Assembly: GCF_009914755.1 (NCBI RefSeq)
Contig: NC_060928.1
Origin: the human T2T-CHM13v2.0 reference genome, Homo sapiens
Strand: one strand, 5' to 3'
Length of the DNA: 64,000 nt
The position numbers were made by a program, and so were the translations under genes. Under the pieces are notes generated by a model, which ran no database searches, was not told the DNA's origin, and saw nothing but the letters and a program-made list of their open reading frames with translations. Positions 61,825 through 64,000 of this stretch are shown piece after piece; within the stretch, counting starts at the first letter, position 1, and the number at the start of each line of letters is the position of its first letter.

Positions 61825-62227
61825 TGTGATGGTTAATTTTACTTATCAACATGACTAGGCTGTGGTACCCAGTTGTTTGGTCAAACATCAATCTAGACAT
61901 TGCTGCGAAGGTGTTTTTAGATATGATTAATATGCAAATCAATAGATTATCCTCCATAATATGAGTGGGCTTATCCCATCAGTTGAAGGCCTTAAGAAAA
62001 AAGACTAAAGTTCCCTAAAAAGGAAAAAATTCTGCTTCCAGACTGTATTCAGCCTCAAGATCAATATCAACTCTTCCCTGGGTCACCAGCCTGCTGGCTT
62101 GCCCTGCAGATTGCAGACTTAGCAGCTCCAACAATCTTGTGTGTCAATTTGTTAAACTCTTTCAAGATATTAGATTATATATATAATCTTCAATTGGTTG
62201 TTTTTCTGAAGAATCCTGACTAACATA
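61825..62227 (+). mobile_element. MLT2D-like solo LTR
   Basis: TGTGATGGTTAATTTTAC...GTACCCAGTTGTTTGGTCAAACA...GAATCCTGACTAACATA. Confidence 0.85.
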
Positions 62228-63269
62228 GTTGTATATATGTCTGTCTTTTTTACAGCAAACCCAAGGGAACTGGAATAGCTCTTAAATAATTCAAAACCGT
62301 GCTATCTTGAGTTCTTTGCAGCACTTCTTTATTTAGAATACCAAGACATATATAATCCAGTTTGTCTCTGGAAATAGTCTACTAATGACAGAATATATTG
62401 AATTGGTCAAAACTTAAGGAAATCAAAAGTTTGCTCCTCTGCTGGCTATTGCTGACACACAAGGCCCAGAATAAGAATTTTAAGGTTGATTCTATTGTCT
62501 TTGGTATGTTCTATATCTGAAATGTCTATTACCTTAATCCTAGTGTCGTTCTCTCCCCGTGCACCATATCTTGCACACTATTACCCAAACTCATCCCTCA
62601 CAGTATTAACAGCCACAGGGATTGTGGTGAATCAGAATAATCCCCAGGACTTTTCTGACAGAGATACTAAGGAAAACCGTCTTTTGCTTTGCAGCATGGC
62701 TAGAAGAATGTGTAACTAGGACTACTTGTGGCCATCTTCCTCACTTGCAGCAGGAGAGAATGAAAGCCACACAGGAAGAGTGAAAGAAAGAGCCAGATAT
62801 TCTCTGCCAGGGAAGAATCTCAATTTCTAGCCTCAAGTCTTTGCTCTCTTTAGATTTTCTTTCTTGTGAACTGCTGCAATATCCTTCACAATAATGGGAG
62901 CCAATAAATTCATTTTTGCCTACTCTATTAGAATTGGGTTGGGGGTGACTGGAACTAATAGTGATTGGACATGTTTGCACCTTCTTGTTACTGGAGATTC
63001 CCATAACAAGAACTAGAGGTGTAGCAGCATCAGAGTGATTGGACTGTACCACTGCAGGGAGAACACATGTTCTAACATGGTGGAGAGATTTAATGTGTGA
63101 TTCAAAATTATATTTTCTCTGTGAGTCGGTGGAGATCCAGAAGTTAATATTTTGATGAACAAAGTTATCTTACAAACTATCTTACTATTGATCATAAAAA
63201 ATTCATTGGTTACCAAAAATTTCTTTAAGTTCCTTGCCTAATGCAATTAATTAATTGTTTTAATGCAAA

Positions 63270-64000
63270 AACACAGATAGAAAAACAACAATGAGATGCC
63301 ACTGTATACTACTAGGATGGCTATAATTTTAAAAAAATAATAATAAGTATTACTGATAATATGGAAAAATTGAAACCCTTATGCTTTACTGGTAGGAATG
63401 TAAAATGGTGCATTCACTGTGGAAAACAGTTTGGTGGTTCCTCAAAATGTTAAACATAAACTTACCATATGACCCAGCAATTCCACTCTTGCATACATAC
63501 CACAAAGAAATGAAAGCAGAGACTTAAGCAGATACTTGTTCATTAATGTTCACAACAGCATTATTAACAATAGCCAAAAGTTACAAACAACCTGAGCACC
63601 CATCAATAGAGGAAGGGACAAACAAAATGTGTTCTATACATACAGTGGAATGTTATTCATCTATGAAAAGAAGTTAAGTTTTGATACACATCACACATGA
63701 ATAAACCCTGAAAATATGCTAAGTGAAATAAGCCAGATACAGAAAGGCAAATGTTATAAGATTCCACTTACATGAAATATCCAGAATAGACAAATTCATA
63801 AGGTAGATTAGAGGTTACTAGGGGCTGGGGGAAGTGGGAATGGAGAGTTACTGCTTAGTAGGTATAAAATTTCTGTTGGGGGTGAAGAAAAATTTTGAAA
63901 ATAGATAATGGTGATGGTGGCATAACATTGTGAATATAATCAATGCCACTGACTTATATGCTTAAAAGTGGTAAAAATGGTAATTTTATGATATATATAT
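63270..64000 (+). mobile_element. L1MB/L1MC-type 3' region
   Basis: caatgagatgccact...ttaccatatgacccagcaattccactc...aatgccactga...aaaatggtaattttatg. Confidence 0.85.

Overview
This is hominoid (human or great-ape type) non-coding genomic DNA, dominated by interspersed repeats. I found no protein-coding exons, RNA genes or CRISPR arrays; the long ORFs I checked fall in repeats (SVA VNTR, broken L1 ORF1/ORF2, Alu, satellite). Standout structures: (1) an isolated ~2.6 kb block of centromeric SF1-type alpha satellite (37586-40179) with three intact CENP-B boxes and a ~1020 bp six-monomer periodicity, embedded in ordinary interspersed-repeat DNA with no TSD or poly(A); (2) several short local copy-paste events that look like repair-templated insertions (25022-25080 matching 27813-27871 beside a fold-back; 60403-60681 matching 59125-59384, an Alu part plus its 3' flank, with a 9 bp TSD; a 119 bp direct repeat at 58121/58584); (3) an old L1PB-like element carrying a full SVA, a HERV-H LTR7-type solo LTR and an AluY; (4) a ~13.5 kb nested stack inside a Charlie1 transposon, including a full-length L1PA7-like element and a twin-primed mini-L1; (5) a strong CTCF motif at 32977-32994 near a MADE1 hairpin. 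Repeat subfamily names come from recognition by eye and were not checked against Dfam or Repbase.
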